From an uncultured Planctomycetia bacterium (GTDB lineage Bacteria; Omnitrophota; Gorgyraeia; Duberdicusellales; 4484-171): a stretch of DNA of 64,000 nucleotides. The position numbers were made by a program, and so were the translations under genes. Location of the stretch: NCBI GenBank assembly GCA_964489445.1, contig CAZAYU010000001.1, positions 375,968 to 439,967 on the forward strand, in the 5' to 3' direction. Below are positions 51,648 through 61,629 of this stretch, piece by piece (the first letter of the stretch is position 1; every line of letters begins with the position of its first letter). The notes under the pieces are model-generated. The model had not been told where the DNA came from. It ran no database searches and was given only the letters and a program-made list of their open reading frames with translations.

Positions 51648-52874
51648 CTAACCTTCACCGTTGACTAAAAAGTTAATTGCCTCTTCTTTTTTGAAGCTTC
51701 TCTTCTCTTTTGTCCTCCTAATCTCTAAATCAATAATTTTATCTTTTAAGTATTTTTTCCCCAAAATTAAAATATACGGATTTCCGATAAGATAGGCATC
51801 ATTAAACTTAACCCCGGCGCTTTCTTTACGATCATCAATCAACACAGATAACCCGTTTTTTTCCAAAGCCCTTTCAATGTCCAAGGCTTCACCTAACAAC
51901 GCTTTATCCAAAACTACCAAACTAACGCTATAGGGAGCAATACTCTTCGGCCAAACTAATCCTTTTTCATCCGAATTAATTTCAGCAACAGCCGAAAGTA
52001 TCCTGCTTACACCAATCCCGTAGCAACCCATAATAAACGGTTTTCTTTTGCCTTGTTCATTAAGAAAAAAAGCATTTTGAGCCACTGAATACTTAGGACC
52101 TAATTGAAAAATATGCCCCACCTCAACCACTTCTTTCTTGATCAATTGACCACCGCAAAGACTACAGTCAGATTCTTTGCTAAAATATTTACCACATTTT
52201 TCACAATAAAAAGCACTATCTTCTCCGATTTTGGAAGGAACCATAAACTCATGAGATACGCTACCACCCATGGCTCCAGAATCTGCTTCAAATTTTATAA
52301 AATCAAGTTCACACTCTTGGAATATTTTTTTGTAAGCATCAAGCATTTTCTGATAATTTTTCTCAAGACCCTGGATATCTTTATCGAAGCTATAGCCATC
52401 CTTCATCATAAACTCACAACTTCTCATTACTCCAAATCGCACCCTCGGCTCATCTCGAAACTTTGTCTGAATTTGATAAAGAATAAACGGAAGCTGCCGA
52501 TAAGAAAAAACATAGCGTTTAACAATCTCCGTAATTTCTTCTTCATGGGTAGGTCCTAAACACAATTCTCTGTTCTTACGATCTTGAAATTTAAACATAA
52601 CTTCATCTAAATCTTTATCCCGGCCTGTTTTTTTCCATATTTCTAAAGGCTGAAGAGCGCTCATGAATAATTCCTGAGCACCCTCGGCATTCATATTCTT
52701 GCGAATAATCTTACTTATATTATTTAACACCCGATAACCTAAAGGTAAATAAGTATACACTCCCGATGAAACCATAAATAAGAAACAACCTTTTAGCAAG
52801 TATTTATGGCTTTGACACTCCGCAGTCTTCGGATCTTCTCTCAGAGTAAAAATAAAACTTTCAGAAAATAACAT
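51648..52874 (-). CDS. proS: Prolyl-tRNA synthetase (compact, lacks the INS editing domain)
   Basis: N-terminal similarity to bacterial ProRS (SGVYTYLPLGYRVL). Class II core; 408 aa. Confidence 0.85.
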   Translation of the reverse strand: MLFSESFIFTLREDPKTAECQSHKYLLKGCFLFMVSSGVYTYLPLGYRVLNNISKIIRKNMNAEGAQELFMSALQPLEIWKKTGRDKDLDEVMFKFQDRKNRELCLGPTHEEEITEIVKRYVFSYRQLPFILYQIQTKFRDEPRVRFGVMRSCEFMMKDGYSFDKDIQGLEKNYQKMLDAYKKIFQECELDFIKFEADSGAMGGSVSHEFMVPSKIGEDSAFYCEKCGKYFSKESDCSLCGGQLIKKEVVEVGHIFQLGPKYSVAQNAFFLNEQGKRKPFIMGCYGIGVSRILSAVAEINSDEKGLVWPKSIAPYSVSLVVLDKALLGEALDIERALEKNGLSVLIDDRKESAGVKFNDAYLIGNPYILILGKKYLKDKIIDLEIRRTKEKRSFKKEEAINFLVNGEG

Positions 52875-52877
52875 AAA

Positions 52878-54125
52878 TTATTTTAGTTGATCAATAAAAA
52901 TATTTTTATCTATTTTAATCCCTTGTTTTTCAATAATATTTAAAAATTTTGGCACACCATTCGCTTTAAATTTTCCTTTCACTTTGAAATCATCTGTTGT
53001 TTCGTCTATCTCGTAACGAAAAATATCATGTAAAACTATTCTGTTTTCTTTTACTCCCTCTACTTCGGTAATATGAGTTATCTTCCTTGTACCATCAACA
53101 AATTGCTCCTGCTGAACGATCAAATCTAAACCAGATGAAATCTGCTCGCGAATAGCCCAAGAAGGAAGGTTAAGTCCTGCGTACAACGCCATTGTTTCTA
53201 ACCGCACAATACTATCAAACGGGCTAGAAGCATGAATTACCGCTAAGGACCCTCTGTGCCCACTGTTTAAGGCCTGCAAAAAATCCATCGCTTCTTCACC
53301 TCTTATTTCTCCGAGAATAATTCTTGTCGGTCGCATTCTTAATGTATTCCGAAATAAATCACGTGTAGAAAACGCTCCTTTTCCTTCGATGTTCGCCGGT
53401 TTAGTCAATAACCTTACCAAATGTTTCTGACGTAAACTCAATTCTAATGCATCTTCGATAGTAATAATCCTTTCCTGAGGATCGATGTATGAGGAAAGCA
53501 CTTCCAACGTAGTTGTTTTACCACTTCCAGTTGCCCCCGAAAACAAAATATTCATTTTAGCCTTAACGCAAGCAACTAAAAATTCTCCCATTCTCGCATC
53601 AACAGTCCCCATTTCAACTAGATTATCAACATTCTTAATGGAATTTAAAAACTTCCGGATTGTCACAACCGCATCCTTGGCAGAAAGAGGTGGCAATATG
53701 ACATTAACCCGCGCTCCATCACCTAAAGAAAAATCAGCAAACGGTGAACTTTCATCTACCCTACGTCCGGACGGAGAAATCATTTTTTCAATAATATATT
53801 TTAAATGAGCCGCATCATCAAATTTAACTTCTGAAGCTATCTTTTTCCCTTCTTTCTCTACATATATCGTAAATGGACCGTTAACCATAATTTCCGTAAT
53901 CTTTTCGTCGTCGATTAAACTCTGTAAAGGCCCCAATCCCAGAAAATCGGAAGAAACGGAATGAATTATTTCTTTTTTTGTCTTATCGTTAATTCCTAAA
54001 TGTTTATTTTGCTCTAAAAACAAGGTAACCTTTTCACTGATAAAATCAACAGTTAATTCTTCCTGATTACCAACCCAAGAAATGATCGCATGACGAAGCT
54101 TGTTTTTGATATTTTTTAATTCCAT
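52878..54125 (-). CDS. CpaF/TadA-like secretion-family ATPase (orphan)
   Basis: Walker A (FSGATGSGKTTTLEVL...ITIEDALEL). Type II/IV secretion NTPase fold. Confidence 0.7.
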   Translation of the reverse strand: MELKNIKNKLRHAIISWVGNQEELTVDFISEKVTLFLEQNKHLGINDKTKKEIIHSVSSDFLGLGPLQSLIDDEKITEIMVNGPFTIYVEKEGKKIASEVKFDDAAHLKYIIEKMISPSGRRVDESSPFADFSLGDGARVNVILPPLSAKDAVVTIRKFLNSIKNVDNLVEMGTVDARMGEFLVACVKAKMNILFSGATGSGKTTTLEVLSSYIDPQERIITIEDALELSLRQKHLVRLLTKPANIEGKGAFSTRDLFRNTLRMRPTRIILGEIRGEEAMDFLQALNSGHRGSLAVIHASSPFDSIVRLETMALYAGLNLPSWAIREQISSGLDLIVQQEQFVDGTRKITHITEVEGVKENRIVLHDIFRYEIDETTDDFKVKGKFKANGVPKFLNIIEKQGIKIDKNIFIDQLK

Positions 54126-55159
54126 ATTTTTCCAATCTCCTTCTTAAGATCAACTATTATTTTTTTTTCACTAGTTTGACAAATAATATTGTTTTTCCTG
54201 AAGATAACTGCTTTTCTCTTGCCAAAAGCCACTCCGATGTCTGCTTGCTGCGCTTCACCAGGCCCATTTACCACACACCCCATCAATGCTACTTTCAAAT
54301 GTTTATCTACTTGCACATTGCTGATTTCTTTTTGAAATTTACTAACAATACTTATAAGGTCCACCTCACACCGCGAACAAGTAGGGCAAGAAATAATTTC
54401 TATGCCAAACTTCCTTAAATCTAACGCGCTTAGAATCTCTTTTGCAGCAATTATTTCCTGAAAAGAGGGCGCAGTTAGCGATACTCTTATGACATCTCCA
54501 ATACCCTCGCTGAGTAAATTTCCTATCCCGATTGAAGACTTAATTAATCCGGACATAAATGGGCCAGTAGCGGTAACACCTAAATGAAGAGGGTAGTCAC
54601 TTTTCTGCGAAAATAATTTATTAGCAATAATTGTTGTCCGAACGTTAGCTCCTTTTAGAGAAACCATTATATCAAAAAACCCTTTATCTTCTAAAATGCT
54701 AATATATTTAAGCGCTTTACTTACCATTTTAGTAGCAAAATTTTTCGGAGAAAAGGTCTTCTGCTTAAACCCGCCAGAATTTATACCTACTCGTATAGAA
54801 ATATTTCTAGCCTTAGCTGCCTCTGCTATTTGCTGAACATCTTTTTTACGAGTGATATTTAAAGGGTTCAGCCTTATACCATCGAAACCAGCATCAACTG
54901 CTAAAAGTGCTAAATCGCAATTAAAGTGAATATCAGCTACTAATGGTAAAGAAATATTTTTCTTAAGAATTTTAAAAGTACTGATATCTTTTTTTTCTTT
55001 AACCGCCAATCTTATAACTTCTGCTCCTTGCTTTTCTAGGTTCTGAGCTTCTTGAATAAGTTTCTTTGTATTACAAGAAGGAGTTTTAATCATTCCTTTT
55101 ATTCTTACCGGATTATTTCCTCCTATTTTAACCTTTCCTATTTTAACTACTTTACTCAT
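54116..55159 (-). CDS. ispG: 4-hydroxy-3-methylbut-2-enyl diphosphate synthase
   Basis: GcpE family similarity with C-terminal CPTCSRC 4Fe-4S ligands. Confidence 0.9.
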   Translation of the reverse strand: MSKVVKIGKVKIGGNNPVRIKGMIKTPSCNTKKLIQEAQNLEKQGAEVIRLAVKEKKDISTFKILKKNISLPLVADIHFNCDLALLAVDAGFDGIRLNPLNITRKKDVQQIAEAAKARNISIRVGINSGGFKQKTFSPKNFATKMVSKALKYISILEDKGFFDIMVSLKGANVRTTIIANKLFSQKSDYPLHLGVTATGPFMSGLIKSSIGIGNLLSEGIGDVIRVSLTAPSFQEIIAAKEILSALDLRKFGIEIISCPTCSRCEVDLISIVSKFQKEISNVQVDKHLKVALMGCVVNGPGEAQQADIGVAFGKRKAVIFRKNNIICQTSEKKIIVDLKKEIGKIWN

Positions 55160-55184
55160 TAAAAATACCTTTCCTGATTTATGC

Positions 55185-56279
55185 TTAATGGCTTTTATCT
55201 ATCGATATCTCTTGAGATCCTCTTTTCCATATCCTCGGTCCAAACCGCATTATATCATTGTAAAACACAAAAATTATTAAAACTCCTAACAACCCCATGC
55301 CTAAGCGAGTTAATATATCTTCGGTTTTTTCTTTTAGTGGTTTGCCACGTATTTTCTCAATTAAAAAAAATAAAATATGCCCTCCATCTAAAACCGGAAA
55401 CGGCACCAAATTAATTACTGCTAAACTTACATTTAAAACTGCTGCAAGCTGCAACACGGCAGTAAGTCCTACTTTTGCTGCTTCCGAGGTAATATAAAAT
55501 ATTCCTACTGGCCCAGCGACTGCCTCTTTAAACGGAATTATACCTAAGATCATGAACAAAAAACCTTTAACGATTAAAAAGGTTAGATTCAATAAAGTCT
55601 TTCCACCTTGAAATATTGCATCCAAAAAACCATAGCGCACAATCTTTCTTTGTGAAGAAGCTGATATGCCCATAATCGATACATTTTTTTTCCTTCCAAA
55701 ATTATCTAATATTTCCTCTTTTTTCAACGGAACTTCTAAAACAAGCTGTTTATTTGCGCGTTCAATGCTAAGTATTACTTTTCCTTCTGCATCATATACG
55801 ACATCTACTACTTCCTGCCAAGTATTAACCGGTTTGCTATTGACTTCTGTAATTCTATCCCCTGTTTCTATCCCAGCTGCTTGAGCCGGATAGCCTTCTA
55901 AAACACTACCCACAATAGTGTCTGAATACGGAAAACCGAGAAAAAAAATAAGACAAAACAAAACAAACGCAAAAAGATAATTAAATAACGGGCCAGCAAA
56001 AACTATTCTCATTTTTACACCCACCGGCTGAGATAAAAATTCATCTTTAGCGCCTTTATGCTCACCACGTGAATCACCAGCCATTTTCACATATCCACCT
56101 AATGGAAAAGCACAAATTAAAAATTGTGTTTGTTTTCCGTTGATTCTTAATAATTCCGGACCAAATCCAATAGAAAATTTTTCCACCCGCACTCCCGCTT
56201 GTCGAGCAGCAAGAAAATGACCAAACTCATGGATAACTATCAACGCACTAAAAATAAGAATTGTAATTAAAAAAGTCAC
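55185..56279 (-). CDS. rseP: RIP zinc metalloprotease RseP
   Basis: HEFGHFLAAR zincin motif; PDZ domain; membrane spans. Confidence 0.9.
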   Translation of the reverse strand: MTFLITILIFSALIVIHEFGHFLAARQAGVRVEKFSIGFGPELLRINGKQTQFLICAFPLGGYVKMAGDSRGEHKGAKDEFLSQPVGVKMRIVFAGPLFNYLFAFVLFCLIFFLGFPYSDTIVGSVLEGYPAQAAGIETGDRITEVNSKPVNTWQEVVDVVYDAEGKVILSIERANKQLVLEVPLKKEEILDNFGRKKNVSIMGISASSQRKIVRYGFLDAIFQGGKTLLNLTFLIVKGFLFMILGIIPFKEAVAGPVGIFYITSEAAKVGLTAVLQLAAVLNVSLAVINLVPFPVLDGGHILFFLIEKIRGKPLKEKTEDILTRLGMGLLGVLIIFVFYNDIMRFGPRIWKRGSQEISIDKSH

Positions 56280-57463
56280 TTTCCCTCCAAATATTTTTTG
56301 GCTCTTTCTCGAGCCCAGCTATCCCAATAAAACACATCATTAATTGTTCTAATTCTACAAGGTTGATAATTCTTATACAAATATTTCATTACCTTATTAA
56401 TCATGCCAAACTCTATTTTCCCTTTTAAAAAATAGTCTACACTAACTTCATCGGCGGCATTTAGAATAGTTAAAGAATTATCTTTTTTCAGCGCCGCATT
56501 TAAGATTACCTTAAATAGCGGATACCTACGATAGTTGATTTTATTAAACGTGCAACAAAACATCTTTTTTTCATCAAAAATATTTTTGCTTCGACCAGAT
56601 GAAAACCCAGAGGAAGCATCAAACCGCTTTGGATAATATAAAGCATGAGAAATAGGAATTTTCATGTCTGGCTTATAGAAAGAAGCTAAAAAACTATTAT
56701 CAGAAAATTGAACTAAAGCATGAATAATTGACTCATTATGCAAGGTAACATCAATCATTGAATAAGGAATATTAAAAAAATAATGTGCCTCTACAACCTC
56801 AAAAGCTTTATTCACTAAAGTAGCACTATCTACTGTTATGCGACTACCCATTTTCCAATTAGGATGAGACAAAACCTCTTTAGCTTTAACATTTGCTAAA
56901 TCTTCCTTTGAACAATTAACCAGGGCTCCTCCAGAAGCAGTAAGAAGCACTTTTTTAAAATGATGTTTATTATGATTACTTTTTCCCTCAACCTGCAACA
57001 ACTGAAAAAGTGCATTTATTTCGCTGTCTACTGGTAATATCTGAGTGTTATTCTTTTTAGCTTCTTTAAATACCAAAGAGCCGGCACACACTATTGATTC
57101 TTTGTTAGCCAGCGCTATTCTTTTTGTATATTTTAAATTAATCATTAACGGCCGAAGACACGAAACGCCAGAAATTGCCATTAAGGAGATGTCTGAAGAA
57201 ATCTTGGAAAACTGCTCTAACCCTTTTTCTCCTTTAAATATTTTTATTTCCCGGTTCAGTTTTCCTTCTATGCTCTTAGCAGCAATCTCGTCTCTCACGC
57301 AAACATAGAGTGGCCTAAATTCTTTAATTTGTCGGTAAAGATCTTTTACGTTTCGATTAGCACAAAGCCCAATTACTTTAAACTGATTATTTGCTTTTCT
57401 AATAACTTCTAAAGCATTTTTCCCCACCGAACCCGTAGAACCAAATATTAATATTTTCTTCAT
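56276..57463 (-). CDS. dxr: 1-deoxy-D-xylulose 5-phosphate reductoisomerase
   Basis: ILIFGSTGSVG NADPH-binding N-terminus. Confidence 0.9.
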   Translation of the reverse strand: MKKILIFGSTGSVGKNALEVIRKANNQFKVIGLCANRNVKDLYRQIKEFRPLYVCVRDEIAAKSIEGKLNREIKIFKGEKGLEQFSKISSDISLMAISGVSCLRPLMINLKYTKRIALANKESIVCAGSLVFKEAKKNNTQILPVDSEINALFQLLQVEGKSNHNKHHFKKVLLTASGGALVNCSKEDLANVKAKEVLSHPNWKMGSRITVDSATLVNKAFEVVEAHYFFNIPYSMIDVTLHNESIIHALVQFSDNSFLASFYKPDMKIPISHALYYPKRFDASSGFSSGRSKNIFDEKKMFCCTFNKINYRRYPLFKVILNAALKKDNSLTILNAADEVSVDYFLKGKIEFGMINKVMKYLYKNYQPCRIRTINDVFYWDSWARERAKKYLEGK

Positions 57464-57498
57464 ACCTTTCTATCTATCTTGCGACAGCCTATATGCTT

Positions 57499-58290
57499 TT
57501 AACGCATCATTGTAAGATAAAGATAAAGTGTAGGCGCAGTAAAGATTAAGCTATCAATTACATCCAAGATTCCGCCCATACCCGGCAAAATCTTTCCTGA
57601 ATCCTTTACCCCGCAATCTCTTTTTATTAACGACTCAAAAAGATCACCCAATTGAGAGATTACCGCTAAAATTATAATTAAAAAAAACTTTTCTAAAAAA
57701 GTAATACTTCCAATAAGTGGAGAAAACGCTAACCCCACCGCTAAACTAGTAAAAAATCCACCTACAGCTCCCTCTAAAGACTTATTAGGGCTAATCCGAG
57801 TAATCAAAGGCGTTTTTCCAAATTTTTTCCCCCAAAGATAAGCACCAATGTCCGATGATTTTGTCACTAATATTAAAAAGCCAGCGAGTATTGCTCCCTC
57901 GGGAAGCTGCCTAATCCTAATTAAAAACGAAAAACACCAAGAAATATAAATTACTCCAAACACCGTCGCCGAAATAGACAAAACAGAATGATGCGTGTCT
58001 TTTTTACTTAGCTCAAGAAGAAATAAAATAAAAATTGCAATAATTACAAATAAAAATTGCCATCCTTCTTTAACCGAAAAACGAAAATAAATAGTTATGG
58101 GTATAAGCCCTCCCACTAAAAGCCCTAGTGGTTTAAATAAGCGAACACCTTTTTTTTCAACCATATAAAAAAATTCATACAGGCTAGCCAAAATCAACAA
58201 ACAAGACAATAAGCCACATAAAGAATAATAAATTGTAGAAAAAACAGTGACTATCACTAAAACTATCGATGACCCTAAACGTTTACGCAT
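57499..58290 (-). CDS. cdsA: Phosphatidate cytidylyltransferase
   Basis: CTP-transferase-1 signature region (SLIKRDCGVKDSGKILPGMGGILD). Confidence 0.85.
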   Translation of the reverse strand: MRKRLGSSIVLVIVTVFSTIYYSLCGLLSCLLILASLYEFFYMVEKKGVRLFKPLGLLVGGLIPITIYFRFSVKEGWQFLFVIIAIFILFLLELSKKDTHHSVLSISATVFGVIYISWCFSFLIRIRQLPEGAILAGFLILVTKSSDIGAYLWGKKFGKTPLITRISPNKSLEGAVGGFFTSLAVGLAFSPLIGSITFLEKFFLIIILAVISQLGDLFESLIKRDCGVKDSGKILPGMGGILDVIDSLIFTAPTLYLYLTMMR

Positions 58291-58987
58291 CTATCCTCCC
58301 GAATTTCCGCTTTCTATTACTGTAAGATTCTATTGCCGCAAGTAAATCCTTTTTTTTAAAGTCCGGCCACAATACAGGCGTAAAATAACATTCCGAATAA
58401 GCTAAATCCCATAATAAAAAATTGCTTATTCGCTGCTCCCCGGAAGTCCGAATAAGAAGATCCGGATCGCAAACACCTCCTAGCGCAGTATATCTTTTAA
58501 ATATATCCTCATCAATTGCATTTTTCTGTATTTTTTTATTCATAACATCTTCCGTAACCTGTTTAGCCGCATTTAAAATATCCCATCTCCCTCCATAATC
58601 TAAAGCAACATTAAAAATAAAACTTTTATTTTCTCTGGTCATCATCTCTACCCTTTCAATACTCTTTAGGGCCTCCTTGCTTAAACGATCTCTTCTTCCT
58701 ATTGCCTTAAATTGAATATTATTTTCAATAAGCTCTTCTTCATAATCAGCTAAAAAACGCACTAAATAAGAAAATATAAAGTTTATCTCCTGTTTTGGCC
58801 TATTCCAATTCTCAGTAGAAAAAGCAAAAACAGTTAGCACTTTAACACCAACTTTCTTTGCTTCACGCAAGATCTCTTTTACCCTCCCTACACCTTTTCT
58901 GTGCCCAATAGCACGTGGCAGATTTCTTTTCTTAGCCCAACGCCCATTACCATCCATAATTACTGCAATATGTTCAGGTATTGTCAA
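58283..58987 (-). CDS. uppS: Ditrans,polycis-undecaprenyl-diphosphate synthase
   Basis: IAVIMDGNGRWA motif. Confidence 0.95.
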   Translation of the reverse strand: MTIPEHIAVIMDGNGRWAKKRNLPRAIGHRKGVGRVKEILREAKKVGVKVLTVFAFSTENWNRPKQEINFIFSYLVRFLADYEEELIENNIQFKAIGRRDRLSKEALKSIERVEMMTRENKSFIFNVALDYGGRWDILNAAKQVTEDVMNKKIQKNAIDEDIFKRYTALGGVCDPDLLIRTSGEQRISNFLLWDLAYSECYFTPVLWPDFKKKDLLAAIESYSNRKRKFGRIDA

Positions 58988-59064
58988 TTAATCGTCCCCT
59001 TGACTTAAAATACAATGGGGGCTTAAAGCCCCCATTTAGGAATACACACTCTTCTTCTTAATGC

Positions 59065-59421
59065 TTATTCTTCTTGCAGCTTTCTGTTCATCAATTCTTC
59101 TTTAAGGCTCTCTTCCAATTTCTTATTCAGCATTTGAAGTTTTAAGTTGCCTTCATTGATGGTTTTTATTTTAGTATTTAGTTTTATTTCTTCTGTTTTG
59201 AAGTTGTCTATTTTTTCTTTTAACTCATCAATATTTTTTTGAAGTTTGCTACTATTGCTTTTTAAATCTTCAATATTTTTCCCCAGACTTATGCTTGTGG
59301 CTAACTCTTCCCTATAAGTATTAGCTAGAGCGTTCATTTTTACCAGTATCGACACACCAGCAATAACCAGGACCACCACCAGCCCTACTAATAAACTTAC
59401 AATAATCGGGTTATTTTTCAT
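59065..59421 (-). CDS. Single-TM coiled-coil protein
   Basis: N-terminal hydrophobic helix, then heptad-rich K/E/L sequence. Confidence 0.5.
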   Translation of the reverse strand: MKNNPIIVSLLVGLVVVLVIAGVSILVKMNALANTYREELATSISLGKNIEDLKSNSSKLQKNIDELKEKIDNFKTEEIKLNTKIKTINEGNLKLQMLNKKLEESLKEELMNRKLQEE

Positions 59422-59474
59422 TTCTTCTGCCTCCTTTTCCTTTATATTCTATCAAGCTAAATACTAAATAAATA

Positions 59475-60161
59475 TTATTTTAATTCTTCTTCAATAAATT
59501 CTTCTTCAATAAATTCTTCCTCAATTGCCTCTCCTCCGTCGCTTTTGTCTATTATTTCATCTTCATAAATAATTTCTTCATCCCGAGCAATCTTAGGCAA
59601 GACAACTATCTCTACTCTCCGATTAAACTGTCTGCCTTCTTCTGTATCATTGGAATCAATCGGCTGATATTGACCATAACCTATTGCCTTTAACCTTAAA
59701 GGAGAAACACCTTTGCCCTCTAAATAATAAAGAACACTCAAAGCTCGTTGTGTTGAAAGCTCCCAATTTGTCTTCCAACGTGAATACCTTATCGGTTCAT
59801 TATCAGTATGCCCTTCAATGCCTATGTCATTTTCATAAGCTTCATTAACTAAAACCTCTACTACTTTATTTAAAGCAGAATAACAACCTGTTTTAAGGTC
59901 AGCTTTCCCTGAGTCAAACAACACTTCAGCAACAAAAGTAATTACTAATCCTTTCTCGGCTATTTCCAGCCTTATCTGTTTACCTTCTATCTCTTTAGAT
60001 AAGGATTTATTCAATGAATCACGAGCATCTTTAAGCTCGTCTAGGCGACTTTTTAGCACCTCTATTCTTTCAATGTCCGAACGCCTTCCTTTTTGTAAAA
60101 TCAAGGTGCATCCGTTTAATACAAAAATAGCAAAAACGAGCACAAAAATTATTTTTCTCAT
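59475..60161 (-). CDS. OmpA/MotB-like peptidoglycan-binding lipoprotein with coiled-coil and acidic C-terminal repeat
   Basis: Lipobox (LNGC). OmpA-like core (GHTDNEPI...NWELSTQRALSV...NRRVEIVV). C-terminal EEFIEEEFIEEE repeat. Confidence 0.75.
   Translation of the reverse strand: MRKIIFVLVFAIFVLNGCTLILQKGRRSDIERIEVLKSRLDELKDARDSLNKSLSKEIEGKQIRLEIAEKGLVITFVAEVLFDSGKADLKTGCYSALNKVVEVLVNEAYENDIGIEGHTDNEPIRYSRWKTNWELSTQRALSVLYYLEGKGVSPLRLKAIGYGQYQPIDSNDTEEGRQFNRRVEIVVLPKIARDEEIIYEDEIIDKSDGGEAIEEEFIEEEFIEEELK
59484..59525. repeat. 15-nt tandem repeat (ttcttcttcaataaa), about 2.8 units, encoding the EEFIE repeat at the OmpA-like C-terminus
   Basis: Read directly from the sequence. Confidence 0.8.
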
Positions 60162-60411
60162 TTCCTATCCTCCTTACATAATTATATTTAATAACTATGT
60201 ATAAACCTATTGACTCCAAAGATTTAAGATATTTATTCCTTACAATCCACCAATTTAATTTCTCTTAAATTATACAGAAAATAGCTGGTTTAGATTATCA
60301 TAATCAGCTTCGCAAGTCAAGAAATTTCAGCTTACCCTATGTGCTTATAGTTAACTCACAATTATACGCATAGATAGCAAGCAATTATTCTGAAAATTAC
60401 ACCTCAATAGT

Positions 60412-61032
60412 CTAACTTGCCTCTGCTGTAACCTTCTTCAGAGTATTTCTCATTTCCTCAAAATGCTCTGATATTAAGGCATTGATCTTCTGCTGCACAT
60501 TTTCACTTAGATTCTCTGCATTCATTAAACCTTTTGCCTCGTATAAATATTCAGCTAAAGAAGATTCTACGCTTCTTCCTCTAACAATTTCGACCAAAAG
60601 CATTGCATAAACATTAGCAAATTTATTAATAATTAATTCTGTTCTCGCTTCCGAAATTCCCGAATCAAGAAACAAAGAGACAACTTGAAAAGAAAATTCC
60701 TGACGTTTATGAAAAACACTCCACTCAGGGCGATTACCAACAATTAATTTTTCCCTGCTTGAAAGAGCCGGATTATTATCTAGAGTACTCTTGATATCCG
60801 TCTTACTATCCTCTACTTTTTCTAAAACAACGAAAGAAAAAATATCGGCAATATTTTTTGCTGATTGCTCTTTCTCTAAATTTTTCTTTATATCATTCTT
60901 GTACTGATTAAAATCAATCATCTCCCTAGCCATAACCTGAAATTCACTCAAGCCAGTAATTATTAAAATCGATATTACCAAAATAAAAATATTTTTCTTC
61001 ATGGTGCCTCCCTGTTTATTTTTTTTAGACAA
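60412..61032 (-). CDS. Hypothetical secreted/periplasmic protein
   Basis: Signal-peptide-like N-terminus; no recognisable domain. Confidence 0.5.
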   Translation of the reverse strand: MSKKNKQGGTMKKNIFILVISILIITGLSEFQVMAREMIDFNQYKNDIKKNLEKEQSAKNIADIFSFVVLEKVEDSKTDIKSTLDNNPALSSREKLIVGNRPEWSVFHKRQEFSFQVVSLFLDSGISEARTELIINKFANVYAMLLVEIVRGRSVESSLAEYLYEAKGLMNAENLSENVQQKINALISEHFEEMRNTLKKVTAEAS

Positions 61033-61158
61033 AATAATAATATAGCTTTAGAAAACAAACTACTCTTATGAATAAATCATACTACTTGTTTAAGAATATT
61101 TCAATAAAAATATAGTTATTCTCTTGGAATGGTAAATCATAAAATACACCTTTCGTCA

Positions 61159-61201
61159 TTCTCTGTCAAAAATAAATGAACAACTTATTTTTGACAGAGA
61201 A
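61159..61201. promoter_or_regulatory. 17-bp perfect inverted repeat with 9-nt spacer, in the divergent promoter region about 28 nt upstream of the PilZ ATG
   Basis: ttctctgtcaaaaataa-atgaacaac-ttatttttgacagagaa. No flanking U-tract. Confidence 0.5.
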
Positions 61202-61228
61202 AACATCATATGCTAAACTATCTTAATT

Positions 61229-61603
61229 ATGCTGGAAAAACGTAAATACACTAGACTGAATCAAAACTTAAGTATAAGCTACCAGATACTAGACAACCCT
61301 AAAGAAAACTCTTCTTACTCCAAGGATATATCAGAATGCGGAATATGTTTTCCCTCTATTCAAAAAATCTCGCTTGATACTTTCTTGCAAATAAAAGTTA
61401 ATTTACAAGAAACCCCTGCGCCATTGATATTCACAGGAAAAGTAAAACGAATCATAGAAAGAAACAGTTCAAATTTTCCATTCGAGATTGGAATAAGATT
61501 CATTAAGGCAGATGTTTCTTCCCTCAAAACACTAAAATTACACATTCAGCAAGCTTCTACTAAGAAAAAGAACGAAAATATTAAGTGGATAAAAAACATT
61601 TAA
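61229..61603 (+). CDS. PilZ-domain protein (putative c-di-GMP receptor)
   Basis: RxxxR (RKYTR) and DxSxxG (DISECG) motifs at PilZ-typical spacing. Confidence 0.65.
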   Translation: MLEKRKYTRLNQNLSISYQILDNPKENSSYSKDISECGICFPSIQKISLDTFLQIKVNLQETPAPLIFTGKVKRIIERNSSNFPFEIGIRFIKADVSSLKTLKLHIQQASTKKKNENIKWIKNI

Positions 61604-61629
61604 TATTTGTTTTTTGGGCATTTAAACGG

